Shown here piece by piece: positions 55,401 through 64,000 of a DNA stretch of 64,000 bases. Location: NCBI GenBank assembly GCA_965204755.1, contig OZ242011.1, forward strand, positions 2,688,001 through 2,752,000. Reading direction: 5' to 3'. The position numbers and the translations under genes are program-made. Within the stretch, counting starts at the first letter, position 1; every line of letters starts with the position of its first letter. The notes below the pieces were generated by a model, which saw only the letters and a program-made list of their open reading frames with translations, was not told the DNA's origin and searched no databases. The stretch comes from Candidatus Marinacidobacterium sp. GTDB lineage: Bacteria; Acidobacteriota; Vicinamibacteria; Marinacidobacterales; Marinacidobacteraceae.

Positions 55401-55999
55401 AGCCGGCCGCGGATCAGCCGGTAGTAAGCCGAAAAATCGGCGACCCGGAAGGTCTCCTCGACGAAGGGTCGTCCCGGATCGGTCCCCGGCGAAACGACGA
55501 CCATGTTCTCCGGCGCGGCGCCCTGGATCCGTCGGAGCAGGTCGGAGTAGAGACAGAGTTGCAGGATCGTCCCGGCCTTCGTCTCGCGGGCCAGTTTCGT
55601 GTCCACGGCTTCGTACGCCCATTCCCCGAAACGACTACGCCCGGAAACGCGCCGCAGGATGTCCGCCCGCCCGAACCAGACCCCGTCCCGCAACGAGGCC
55701 TGCACGATGAGCCCCGCTCCCCGGCGCATCGCGTCTTCCACGGCATTCGCGCCGCCGTCCCCCGACAGCCGCTCCACCGAGTGTCCGTCGTTCGCCAGAT
55801 AGTCGAGGTAGGCGTTCTCGTGTTCCAACCCCCGCTCCCGCAACACCTCGACCTCGTCCGCCCGCCAGGCCGGTTGCGGCGGCGCCCCTCGCCGACCGAG
55901 CGCGACCTCGAGGTCCAACCCCGTCAGGTGCCGACACGCCAAGTAGTTCGCGAGATCACCGGCGGAGAGCCGGATCTCGCCCGAATCGAGCCGTTTCAT
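52481..55999 (-). CDS. TM0106 family RecB-like nuclease / RNase H-like / SF1 helicase
   Basis: LSAGDL..YLAC.H, GRADIL, DTKL, C..C.W...C, FFDIE, YNRDDC, IQGPPGTGKT, VDESGQ, GDPQQL, GTVDKFQGQE, NRLNVATSRA. Confidence 0.92.
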   Translation of the reverse strand: MKRLDSGEIRLSAGDLANYLACRHLTGLDLEVALGRRGAPPQPAWRADEVEVLRERGLEHENAYLDYLANDGHSVERLSGDGGANAVEDAMRRGAGLIVQASLRDGVWFGRADILRRVSGRSRFGEWAYEAVDTKLARETKAGTILQLCLYSDLLRRIQGAAPENMVVVSPGTDPGRPFVEETFRVADFSAYYRLIRGRLEAAVGDGAGEQATGTYPEPVPHCDICRWQMHCLHRRRDDDHLSLVADLRRRHRKQFEDWNLGTLEVLGSSPAPLPRPKRGSPAAYETAREQARVQLEGRRREAPYHELLDREAGRGLALLPAPAPGDLFFDIEGARFVGPRGFEYLFGWAETDDGGRVAYRGEWAFDPGGGGERFAVGEQRVFEAFVDFVMERWERRPDMHIYHFAPYEPTAVKRLTGQFATRSEEVDRVLRAHLFVDLHKVVRQSLRASVEQYSIKALEPFYGFERRVDLRTASDHRHRMERLLETGLRADITEEMRGVVEGYNRDDCVSLIGLRDWLEERRDELTAAGEEVPRPEATPGDASESVAERDERVASLRGRLLAGLPEDPAKHDAEQRGNWTLAYLLDWHRREQRASWWEFFRLQETPAPELREEKKGLVGLKQAGRELRPRARIPTDIYEYEAQDTTVRSGETARLPGGKVLGSIVECDTTRRRIAIKKRRDTVEEHPETIYAANEPIGTGILGDSLFRLGERVAKDAARAEHRYPAALALLRKRPPRFVNAADATPGNAAETAIRSVLELDGEVLAIQGPPGTGKTRTGGRMICSLVRAGKRVGVTANSHSVIRNLLDAAVREAKRTNLSLQCMQKVSSDPEDTDWPIIQTKDNGEVLDALSSGEASVAAGTAWLWSREDLEGSVDVLFVDESGQMSLANTLAAAPAAKNLVLLGDPQQLDQPSQGSHPEGTDVSALGHLLGEHRTMPEDRGLFLDRTWRLRPSICDFTSEAFYEDSLGPMPGLERHSLSDAGDLDGYGLYYLPVEHEGNQSASPEEADRTAALVRRLLAGGVSWTNREGATRPLTRDDILIVSPYNAQLAELRRRLPDARIGTVDKFQGQEAPVVFYSMATSSAEDAPRGMDFLYSLNRLNVATSRAQCVTILVLNPRLFEPDCGTPHQMRLANALCRYREMARPIPADAVAATPNAAAPPSAAKRVPTE

Positions 56000-56027
56000 C
56001 GGCCAGCGAGTCCGCCGACTCCCGGAC

Positions 56028-57287
56028 TCACGCCCGGTCCACGGCGAGCACCGCGTCGCGGAGCAACTCGGCGCCGAGGGCGCAGTCTTCCCAGGAAGTC
56101 CATTCCTCCGGGGCGTGGCTGATGCCGTCCCGGCTGGGGACGAAGATCATCGCGGTGGGGATTCCGTGGCGGGCGAGGTTCTGCGCGTCGTGGCCGGCGC
56201 GGCTCGGGAGCGAGACCGGTTCGTGGCCGCGGTCGCGCGCGAGGCGCCGCAGGACTTCGCGAAGCCCCGGATCCATCGTCGCCGGCGGTTCGCACAGCGT
56301 ACGGGTCAGGTCGGCGGAACAGCCGGTGTCGGCGGCGATGCGTTCGGCGCGCGCGCCGATGCGGGCGATGAGGTCGTCCACCACCGCATCGTCCAGGTCG
56401 CGCAACTCGATCGGGAAGCGGGCTGCCCCCGGAATCACATTCGCCGCGGACGGTTCGACCGCGAACTGGCCCACATTCCCCACCTGGCCGCCGGGTTTGC
56501 GGCGGATCTCCTCGTGGACGGCGGCGATGAGTCGGGCGGCGGCGAGCATCGCGTCGCGCCGCTCCGCCATCGGGGTCGTTCCCGCGTGGTTCTGCGAACC
56601 CGTGAGCCGCGCTTCGAAGCGGTGGATGCCCACGATGCCGTCCACCACGCCGAGCCGCGCGCCGTCGCGTTCCAGCGTGCCGCCCTGCTCCACATGGAGT
56701 TCGAAGAACGCCCGCACCGTTCGCGGGTCGAGCACCGCCCGGTCGAGCGCGCGCGGGTCTTCGCCGTACCTTTCGAGCCATTCGTGGAGGCTCAGCCCGT
56801 CTTCGCCGGTGCGGTCGAGTTCGCCGGGCGGCGTCCCGGAAGTGGCCGCGCGGCTGCCGAAGAGTCCGTTGCCGAAGTGCGCGCCTTCCTCGTCGCACCA
56901 GACCGCCATCTCGAGCGGGTGGCGGGTCTCGATCCGCTGGTCGGCGAGCGAGCGCAGCACCTCGAGCGCCCCGAGCACTCCCAGGGCGCCGTCGAAGTGC
57001 CCGCCGCGCGGAACCGTGTCCAGGTGCGACCCGAAGAGGATCGCCGGCAGCGGTTCGCGGCCTTCCCGCCGCCCGAAGAGGTTGCCCGCCGGGTCGGTGC
57101 GGACGGCGAGCCCCGCCGACTCCATTTCGCCGACCAGCCACTCGCGGGCGGCCCGCTCGTCCTCGGAGAAGGCGATCCGCCGGGCGCCGCCCTCCGGGTG
57201 GGCGCCGAATCCGGAGAGGCGTTCGAGCGAGCGCCGCAGCCGGGCGCCGTCGGTGGCGGGGGGTGGGGCGGGGGAGTCCGGCGGCAT
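56028..57287 (-). CDS. M20 Zn-dependent amidohydrolase (allantoate amidohydrolase/carbamoylase family)
   Basis: GSHLDTV..GG.FDG.LG, DEEG, ELHVEQG, NHAGTTPM, GHDAQ, GISH.P.E. Confidence 0.9.
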   Translation of the reverse strand: MPPDSPAPPPATDGARLRRSLERLSGFGAHPEGGARRIAFSEDERAAREWLVGEMESAGLAVRTDPAGNLFGRREGREPLPAILFGSHLDTVPRGGHFDGALGVLGALEVLRSLADQRIETRHPLEMAVWCDEEGAHFGNGLFGSRAATSGTPPGELDRTGEDGLSLHEWLERYGEDPRALDRAVLDPRTVRAFFELHVEQGGTLERDGARLGVVDGIVGIHRFEARLTGSQNHAGTTPMAERRDAMLAAARLIAAVHEEIRRKPGGQVGNVGQFAVEPSAANVIPGAARFPIELRDLDDAVVDDLIARIGARAERIAADTGCSADLTRTLCEPPATMDPGLREVLRRLARDRGHEPVSLPSRAGHDAQNLARHGIPTAMIFVPSRDGISHAPEEWTSWEDCALGAELLRDAVLAVDRA

Positions 57288-57480
57288 CGGGAGGGCGAAG
57301 TTTCTCACCGGCGCGCCCGGCCCGGGCGGGCGCCTCGCGCCGCGGCGGCGGCCGACCCGCCCCCGCCCGACCCGCCCCCGCCCGACGCCGGCGAGGGTGG
57401 AAACAATCTGTCGCCTTCCGGCGTTACCGTATCCGTTGCCCCCGGCGGAGAGAGCGCCGGGCGCAAGGAGAACCAACCCG

Positions 57481-58176
57481 ATGATCGGCCTGTTCGACCC
57501 GCTCTACTTCGTCATCCTCGCCCCCGGCCTCGCCATCACGCTGTGGGCCACCTTCAAGGTGAAGAGCACCTTCAAGCGCTACAACAAGGTGCCGCTCCGA
57601 AGCGGGCGCAGCGGGCGCGAGACCGCCGAGTACCTGCTTCGGCGGCAGGGGATCCACATCCCGGTGGAGGAGCACCCCGGCGCGCTCTCCGACCACTACG
57701 ACCCGCGGGTGCGCATCCTCCGCCTGTCGCCGGAGGTGTTCCACGGGCGCAGCGTGGGCGCGGCCGCCGTGGCCGCCCACGAAGTGGGGCACGCGCTCCA
57801 GCACCACGCCGCCTACCAGCCGCTCATGTTCCGCCAGGCGCTGGCGCGGCCGGCCGGGTTCGCCTCCAGCGCCTCGTGGATCATCCTGCTGGGCGGCTTC
57901 CTGCTGGGCGCCGCCGGGCTGGTCCAACTCGGCGTCGCGCTCTTCGCCCTCGTGGTGCTGTTCCAGGTCGTGACCCTGCCGGTGGAGTTGAACGCCTCCA
58001 GCCGCGCGAAGACGCTGGTCTGGGAGACCGGGATCGTGGCGCCGGAGGAGCGCGCCGGGGTCTCCCGCGTGCTCAGCGCCGCGGCGATGACCTATGTGGC
58101 CGCCGCGCTCACCGGGCTGCTCACGCTGTTCTACTACCTGCTCCGCTCCGGGCTGCTCGGCGGCGGGGACGATTAG
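57481..58176 (+). CDS. Neutral zinc metallopeptidase (YugP / Zn_peptidase_2 family)
   Basis: GGAG SD; LSDHYDP, AAHEVGHALQH, TLPVE.NAS.RA, VL.AAA.TYVA. Confidence 0.92.
   Translation: MIGLFDPLYFVILAPGLAITLWATFKVKSTFKRYNKVPLRSGRSGRETAEYLLRRQGIHIPVEEHPGALSDHYDPRVRILRLSPEVFHGRSVGAAAVAAHEVGHALQHHAAYQPLMFRQALARPAGFASSASWIILLGGFLLGAAGLVQLGVALFALVVLFQVVTLPVELNASSRAKTLVWETGIVAPEERAGVSRVLSAAAMTYVAAALTGLLTLFYYLLRSGLLGGGDD
58002..58176 (+). repeat. 175-bp direct repeat, left copy (3' end of peptidase gene)
   Basis: Matches 61439..61613 with 4 synonymous mismatches. Confidence 0.95.
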
Positions 58177-58260
58177 CCGGGGCCTCGCGACTCTCGCCTT
58201 CCGGGCGAGGTGGCCCTTCGGACCGTCGCCACCGTGGGCGGTAACATTCGCCCCCGACCC

Positions 58261-60147
58261 ATGAACGGCCGGGACCTCGGTCAGCGATACCGGCGGGCGC
58301 ACGACCGGATGCGCGATGTGGAAGGTCTGCTGCCCCCCGAGGCCTTCGATGAGTTGCTCAAGTTCCTCTTCGTCAAGGACTGTGTCGAACGGGGAGGGGG
58401 CGATGCGGACTTCCGGGACGGGAGCGCGGACGCGCCGCCGGCAGCGGCCATCAGGACACTGTTCTCGAGAGCACTCCGGTCGCGCGCGCCTTGGGCTTGC
58501 GACATCTGGCAGGACGGACACTTCCACCTGTCTGACTCCACGCTGCTCGACCTCCACGAGATGTTCTCGGACTTCCGACTCGCCGACCTCTCGGTGGATG
58601 TGCGCGCAACCGCGCTGCGGACATTTCTGGACTCCGATGCCAGACGGGGGCTTGGCGTCTTCCTGACTCCCGAAGATGTTGTCCGGGCCATGGTGGATGT
58701 TCTCGCGCCGCGGCACACCGAGTTGGTCCTGGATCCCGCCTGCGGGTCCGGCACCTTCCTGCTCGAGACCGTGCGTCATCTCTCGAGACGAGCGCCCGGC
58801 GGGAGCCCGTTCACGGTCCACGGCGTCGACAAGAATCCCCGAATGCTGCTCCTCGCGCAACTCAATCTGGGCAACGATCCGGGCATCGAGTTCAAGCAAG
58901 CGTGTACGGACTCGCTCAAGGCGCTCGGCAATACTGCGACGCCGCCGCTGAACCTGTTCCCCGACTCAGTGGATGTAATCCTCACGAATCCACCCTTCGG
59001 CGTGACAGTTACGACCGAAACCGTCCCGCGGGCGCTCTTCCGGGGAGGGCTTGCCGGCGCCAAGCCAAAGGGCAGTCGCATTCCCAGTGAATTCCTGTTC
59101 GTGGAACGGTGTCTCAGAATGTTGAAACACGGAGGGAGACTGGGCATCGTTCTGCCTAGAAGCGTTTTCACGAACGACAGGATGGCTGCGCAACGGCAGA
59201 GAATCGACGAGTTGGGGTATTTGACCGAACTCGTTGAACTACCCCCGGAAACCTTCGCCCTCACCGGAACACATACATCAACGGTCGCAGCCTTCTTTCG
59301 ACGACACTCGGCAGCGGCAGACCGACGACGGACCAAGGCTGTCGTCCGGGCCTGCACCGTCACCAATGTCGGATTCGACTCGACCGGACGGCGCCGGGAA
59401 GGCAACCAACTACCCACGCTAGCCCGACGCCTGGTGGAGGGCGAGACCCGGAAGTCTCCGAGGATCCGCTTTCACCGCGATGTGCCCATCGAGGCTACCC
59501 TTCAACGCTCCGCGGTGCTCCTGTTCTCTCGGAACGGCCGACGGCCGGGCAATGTGCTCAGGGATTTCGTGGAGATCGCCAACACCGGGCGTACTCCGGC
59601 GCGGACCGAGTACACCGACAGTGGAACCTTCATCGTCAAGGTAGGGAATCTGACGGGCCGCGGGATCGATTGGAGGCCCAGGGATCGCAATTTCGTTTCC
59701 GCCTCCGAGGGCGCGCGTCGCTCACGCAGCGCAAAACTCTCGCTGTCCCGTGGTGATCTCGTTTTGACCTCCTCGGCGCATGTGGCGCGATATATCGCCA
59801 AGAAGGTCGACATCATCGGCGACATCCCGAGGGAATACAGACAGATCACCTTTGCGGGCGAAGTGACTCGACTTCGACCCATGCCGAAGATCGATTCGTT
59901 CGTGCTCCTGGCGACCTTGCGGCATCCCGCGGTCCGGCAGGATCTGCAGGCGTCGGTCCGCGGGCAGACGGCGCATCTGCACCCGGACGATCTCCTGTGC
60001 GTCGGTGTCCCTTGCGACCTCTCGAGGCCGGGAGAGGAGCTGTTGGCTCTTGCCGAACTGCTTCGACGGGAGGCGGAATTGGCCTTTCGTCTGGCCGCTG
60101 TGGCGGCAGAGGCGGAAGGCCGGTTGGCTTCAGCGTGCGTCCCGTGA
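58261..60147 (+). CDS. N6-adenine DNA methyltransferase with fused TRD
   Basis: GVFLTP, LDPACGSGTFL, TNPPFG, GIVLP; C-terminal TGRTP..VKVGNL TRD-like region. Confidence 0.88.
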   Translation: MNGRDLGQRYRRAHDRMRDVEGLLPPEAFDELLKFLFVKDCVERGGGDADFRDGSADAPPAAAIRTLFSRALRSRAPWACDIWQDGHFHLSDSTLLDLHEMFSDFRLADLSVDVRATALRTFLDSDARRGLGVFLTPEDVVRAMVDVLAPRHTELVLDPACGSGTFLLETVRHLSRRAPGGSPFTVHGVDKNPRMLLLAQLNLGNDPGIEFKQACTDSLKALGNTATPPLNLFPDSVDVILTNPPFGVTVTTETVPRALFRGGLAGAKPKGSRIPSEFLFVERCLRMLKHGGRLGIVLPRSVFTNDRMAAQRQRIDELGYLTELVELPPETFALTGTHTSTVAAFFRRHSAAADRRRTKAVVRACTVTNVGFDSTGRRREGNQLPTLARRLVEGETRKSPRIRFHRDVPIEATLQRSAVLLFSRNGRRPGNVLRDFVEIANTGRTPARTEYTDSGTFIVKVGNLTGRGIDWRPRDRNFVSASEGARRSRSAKLSLSRGDLVLTSSAHVARYIAKKVDIIGDIPREYRQITFAGEVTRLRPMPKIDSFVLLATLRHPAVRQDLQASVRGQTAHLHPDDLLCVGVPCDLSRPGEELLALAELLRREAELAFRLAAVAAEAEGRLASACVP

Positions 60148-61068
60148 GTAGGGTCGCCGTTGAGGCGCCGCATGGTCGGTGTCCCGAAGCGTGAGCAGTT
60201 GTCGTTGCTCTTCGTTTAGCCCGGTGACTTGGATCGTCATGGGCGAACCGGCTTCGGACGCCTCCTGCAGGACGGCCTTCTCCGGATCGTGGAGCAGGTC
60301 GAACGGCATGGCTTCGGGTTCCATCGCGCTTCGATCGGCGGTTGGCGAAGTGAGTTCGAACTCGGAGAAACGCGGATCTTCCAGCGCGTCGCGGACGACA
60401 CAGTGAAACACGCGGACGGGATTGCACATGTAGAACTGGAAGGAGTAGGGCCACAGGTTCTTGGGCGCGGGAGTCTTGTTGGGATTCGTGGCGATGTGTT
60501 TTTCGTAGATGTTCCGGTAGTAGTTGCGCATCAGAAACGAGAAGTTCCGATGTCGTGGGTTCCGGGGCCAAATCTCGTAGGCGCGAAATCGCACGGAGTT
60601 CCAATCGTTGGCTTCGAAGTGGGGATAGTCGCCGATGATCAACACGAGTCGTGGAACACGGTCGAGAAGGAAGCGCAATTCGTCTTCGCTCCGAACGCCG
60701 ATGAGCCACTTCGAATCGTTTTTGCGTTCGATCTCACGGGAGTTACATGCCGGGCAGGTGTCTTCGATCCGGGCGACGGCCGCGGAGCAGGCGCGGCACT
60801 TGTCCAATTGGTCGAGACGGGAGCAGGACTTGACTTCGGAACCGTCACGGAGGTCGTTCCCTCGGGCAGCCGTTCGTTCGCCCTCCATACCGGTGATGAG
60901 TGAGGCGAGGTGCTGAGCGGGGTAGCCGATCTTGATGTTGGGTGTCTGCTTCGTGATCCGCGCCCACTTCACCAGGTCACGCCGAGGTCGGAGCACGAGA
61001 TCCAGAAGGATTTCCTTCAGGAGAGAGGCATTGTTCCGGAGCGTCACCAAGTCGGAGCGAGGTTTCAT
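60130..61068 (-). CDS. MamI-family restriction endonuclease
   Basis: KW..ITKQT...KIGY..QHLASLITG..G....ARG.DL.DGSEVKSC.R.DQLDKC..C pattern recalled from the MamI family; convergent with the methylase. Confidence 0.75.
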   Translation of the reverse strand: MKPRSDLVTLRNNASLLKEILLDLVLRPRRDLVKWARITKQTPNIKIGYPAQHLASLITGMEGERTAARGNDLRDGSEVKSCSRLDQLDKCRACSAAVARIEDTCPACNSREIERKNDSKWLIGVRSEDELRFLLDRVPRLVLIIGDYPHFEANDWNSVRFRAYEIWPRNPRHRNFSFLMRNYYRNIYEKHIATNPNKTPAPKNLWPYSFQFYMCNPVRVFHCVVRDALEDPRFSEFELTSPTADRSAMEPEAMPFDLLHDPEKAVLQEASEAGSPMTIQVTGLNEEQRQLLTLRDTDHAAPQRRPYSRDAR

Positions 61069-61307
61069 CGGAGGTCAGATCTCGTGGCGAACCAGGTTAG
61101 GGGTTTGTTCAGTGTGGCGGCCACATCCTCCAACTCGATGAAGTCCAAGCGACGCTCCCCGAGTTCGCACTTGGAGACCCAAGTCTGCGGGCGATTCAGG
61201 GCGTGGGCGAGCGCGGTCTGAGTGAGCCCTGCTTCTACCCGGGCCTGACGGAGGCGTAGGCGGAGCGTTCGGTAGCGGGAGGAGGTGAGGGACTTTGCCG
61301 ATGCCAC
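61065..61307 (-). CDS. XRE-family HTH regulator, putative R-M controller (C) protein
   Basis: LRQARVEAGLTQ..LA..L.RPQTWVSKCE.GERRLD; stop overlaps the REase start. Confidence 0.85.
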   Translation of the reverse strand: MASAKSLTSSRYRTLRLRLRQARVEAGLTQTALAHALNRPQTWVSKCELGERRLDFIELEDVAATLNKPLTWFATRSDLR

Positions 61308-61313
61308 GAGACA

Positions 61314-61351
61314 AGTATCGGCGCGGGCACGCGCTAACCCAATATGGGGTA
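61314..61351 (-). promoter_or_regulatory. Putative operator palindrome and -10 box of the C-REase operon
   Basis: TAACCCAATATGGGGTA (61335..61351) imperfect palindrome; GATACT 6 nt before the GTG start. Confidence 0.5.
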
Positions 61352-61438
61352 GAAGATCTGTTGCGGGCCTGCTGACGGAAGCGGTCGCGCCGGCGAACAG
61401 AAGGAAAAGCGGCGGGTGGCGGCGGGTCCGCGCCGCGC

Positions 61439-61613
61439 CCGCGCGAAGACGCTGGTTTGGGAGACCGGGATCGTGGCGCCGGAGGAGCGCGCCGGGGTTT
61501 CCCGCGTGCTCAGCGCCGCCGCGATGACCTATGTGGCCGCCGCGCTCACCGGGCTGCTCACGCTGTTCTACTACCTGCTCCGCTCCGGGCTGCTCGGCGG
61601 CGGGGACGACTAG
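61439..61613 (+). repeat. 175-bp direct repeat, right copy (orphan peptidase 3' end)
   Basis: Encodes RAKTLVWETG..LLGGGDD*, identical in protein to the end of the 57481 gene. Confidence 0.95.
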
Positions 61614-61637
61614 CGGAGTCCCTTCGGCCGGGTCCGT

Positions 61638-62855
61638 TCATTCCGAGCGCAGCGCATCCCAGGGGTCGCGGCGGGCGGCGACCACCGCCGGGTAGAGGCC
61701 GAAGACCACGCCGACGGTTACCGAGAAGAAGAACGCGACCGCGAAGGCGAACAGGGGAGGCGGGCCGACCGGCAACTGCGGGGCGAAGGCCGGGGCGAGC
61801 AGGCGGAGCGCGACGCCGAGGGCGGCGCCCAGCACGCCGCCGGCGAGCGCGAGCAGCACCGCTTCGATCAGGAACTGGCGCACCACCTGGGAATGGCCGG
61901 CGCCGATCGCCTTGCGGATGCCGATCTCGCGGCCGCGTTCGCGCACCACGACCAGCATCACATTCATGACGCCGACGCCGCCGGCCAGCAGGCTGATGGC
62001 GGCGAGCGCCACGCCCCCGGCGGCGACCGCGGCGAGCGCGCTGCGCACGCCGCCGAGCAGGGCGTCGAGCGACAGGACCTCGAAGTCGTCCTCGGCTTCG
62101 GCGGGGAGGTCCCGCGCCCGGCGGAGCGCCGCGCGGATCTGCTCTTCGGCCAGTTCCACTTCCTCGAGCGACCGGGCGCGATACCCCAGCGCCACCGGCA
62201 TCGAGTCGCCCGCCTGGAGGCGGGCGCGGGCGGTGGTGATCGGGACGAGCACTTCCCGGTTCGGGTCGCCGATCGAAAGGATTCCGCCTTCGTGCTCCTC
62301 GAGCCGGCCGACGATCGTGAACAGGTGGCCGTCGAGCAGCAGGCGCTCGCCGACCGGATCGGACTCGCCGCGTCCGAGTTCGGCGAACACTTCCGAGCCG
62401 ACCACCGCCGCCGGCGCTTGCCGCCGCATGTCCTCCGGGGTGAGGAAGCGGCCGCGCGCGAGCGTCTTCCCGGTGACTTCGCGGTGCATCGGGCCGACGC
62501 CGTTGACCGCCAGGCGGGCCGCTTCGTCGCCGTACCGGACTTCCGGATAGAGCGTGACCACCGGGTCGAAGGAATCCACCGCCGAGGATTCGCGGAACGC
62601 CGCTTCCCCGTCCTCGAGCGACAGGTAGGAGCGGCGGCGGACGATGTCGTCGCGCGGCGAAGACCAGGACACGCGGATGTAGCCGCCGCCGGCCTGGCCG
62701 AACTCCGAGGAGACCGTTTCGGTGAGGCCGTCCATCACCGACGCCACGGCGACGACGGTGGCGATGCCGATCGCCACGCCGAGCGTGCTCAGGATCGAGC
62801 GCAGGGGATTGCGCCGGATGGAGGAAACCCCCATCCGCAGGTTTTCCCGGATCAA
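61638..62855 (-). CDS. ABC transporter permease (MacB/FtsX family)
   Basis: RSILSTLGVAIG, GGVGVMNVML..V.ER..EIGIRKAIGA, FGLYPA..AA..DP..ALR.E. Confidence 0.92.
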   Translation of the reverse strand: MIRENLRMGVSSIRRNPLRSILSTLGVAIGIATVVAVASVMDGLTETVSSEFGQAGGGYIRVSWSSPRDDIVRRRSYLSLEDGEAAFRESSAVDSFDPVVTLYPEVRYGDEAARLAVNGVGPMHREVTGKTLARGRFLTPEDMRRQAPAAVVGSEVFAELGRGESDPVGERLLLDGHLFTIVGRLEEHEGGILSIGDPNREVLVPITTARARLQAGDSMPVALGYRARSLEEVELAEEQIRAALRRARDLPAEAEDDFEVLSLDALLGGVRSALAAVAAGGVALAAISLLAGGVGVMNVMLVVVRERGREIGIRKAIGAGHSQVVRQFLIEAVLLALAGGVLGAALGVALRLLAPAFAPQLPVGPPPLFAFAVAFFFSVTVGVVFGLYPAVVAARRDPWDALRSE

Positions 62856-64000
62856 CGGGGGGTATCGGTATCCGGGGCGGAGGCGGCGGTTCCGGCGACG
62901 ACCGGGTCGCCGTCCGAAAGCGACCGCAGCGCGAGCGGCGGACCCACCACGATCTCGTCGCCGGGAGAGAGCCCGGTCATGATTTCCGTCTCGAAGAGAT
63001 CGGAGAGGCCGGTGGTGACGCGGCGCTCCCGCGCGACTCCCTCTTCGACGACGAACACGATCTGGTAGGCGCCCGCCGCGTCACCGTCCGCATTCCCGCC
63101 GCGGCGCGACACGCGGCTCCCCGCCTTCGTCCCGCGGTTTCCGAACGACAGCGAGAACATCCGGTCTTCGGTGACGCCTTCCGGCAGCCGCCGCAACAGC
63201 GCGCCGATCGGCGCGGCCAGCGTGTCCGCGCGCCGCGCCGTTTCGATGCGCACCTGCGCGCTCATGGACGGTCGCACCGACTGCGGCGGCGCCGCCAACC
63301 GAATCCGCGCCAGGAACCGCGCCCCGCGGGTCGAGTCGCCGAAACGCGATTCGTCGCGTTCGCCGACGCGCTGGATCTCGAACACCGAGCCGGCGAGCGT
63401 CGCTTCGCCGAGCGCGGTCAGCGATACCTCGGCGGGCTGGCCGGTTTCCACCCTCACCACATCCACTTCGGGGATCTCCGCCTCGACGATCAGGTCGTCG
63501 TCGGTTCCCAAGGTCATGATCCGGGAGCCGGGGAGGTTCTGGCTGCTCGCCACCACCAACTCCCCCGCTTCCAACTCGACGGAGAGCACGATGCCCCGCA
63601 CCGGGGAGCGGACCACCGTCTTGCGCAGGTCCTCTTCGGCGCGGCGCACGGCGGAGCGGGCGCCTTCGATGTACTGGCGCGCGCGGTCGGCGGCGATCCC
63701 GGCGCGTTCGCGCGCCACTTCCGCCTCTTCGAGGAACCGGCCGCTCACGATGCCTTCTTCGCGCAGTCGTTCCGCGCGGGTTCGCTCGCGCTGCGCGTCC
63801 TCCGAGGCGACTTCGGCGTCGGCGAGCGCGGACTCCGCCTGGCGGAGCGCGGCGCGCCGCTCTTCCACGATGGGGCGCTGCGTCGCGTCGTCGATCAGCG
63901 CGACGATCGTTCCCGGTTCGATGGAGTCGCCGGGGCGGACGCGGACTTCGAGGAGCCGCCCGACGACTTCCGCGGAGATGTCCACGCTCTCCGCCGCGCG
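62852..64000 (-). CDS. Efflux periplasmic adaptor subunit (MacA/HlyD family), 5'-truncated by window edge
   Basis: Lipoyl-like halves, helical hairpin, VRSPVRG, E.DV..V..GQ, GLSPGDEIVVG. Confidence 0.88.
   Translation of the reverse strand, partial: RAAESVDISAEVVGRLLEVRVRPGDSIEPGTIVALIDDATQRPIVEERRAALRQAESALADAEVASEDAQRERTRAERLREEGIVSGRFLEEAEVARERAGIAADRARQYIEGARSAVRRAEEDLRKTVVRSPVRGIVLSVELEAGELVVASSQNLPGSRIMTLGTDDDLIVEAEIPEVDVVRVETGQPAEVSLTALGEATLAGSVFEIQRVGERDESRFGDSTRGARFLARIRLAAPPQSVRPSMSAQVRIETARRADTLAAPIGALLRRLPEGVTEDRMFSLSFGNRGTKAGSRVSRRGGNADGDAAGAYQIVFVVEEGVARERRVTTGLSDLFETEIMTGLSPGDEIVVGPPLALRSLSDGDPVVAGTAASAPDTDTPR

Noticed and set aside
57340-57390. Short ccgacccgcccccgc tandem repeat between divergent genes
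   Set aside because: Only about two units in GC-rich intergenic DNA; no evidence of function.

Overview
High-GC bacterial window, probably Acidobacteria-like. The basis is the carboxypeptidase-regulatory-domain TonB-dependent receptors ending in -AKVTF and the TPR/ASPIC-UnbV/multiheme genes; this assignment is inference. Housekeeping and catabolic genes (three TonB-dependent receptors, peptidases, a TRAP transporter, a MacAB-like exporter) are interleaved with many defence-type cassettes: four paralogous AAA ATPases, Fic, a PLD-SNF2 helicase plus a Type ISP-like methyltransferase, a Septu-like ATPase/HNH pair, a DUF3696 ATPase, an SNF2-SbcD-SbcC-like operon, a TM0106 nuclease-helicase and a MamI-family R-M system with a controller gene. 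The standout is the methyltransferase at 30770-35055. It has a G21 on/off tract and a (GA)20 tract that is followed by three homologous but divergent specificity (TRD) cassettes, each in a different reading frame. The frames needed to reach the later cassettes are stop-free, so repeat slippage would act as a three-way specificity selector. Two defence cassettes are flanked by duplications of the 3' end of the upstream host gene, with no integrase in the window. AGCT and ACGT appear strongly avoided throughout. All calls are by motif recognition only; no searches were run.
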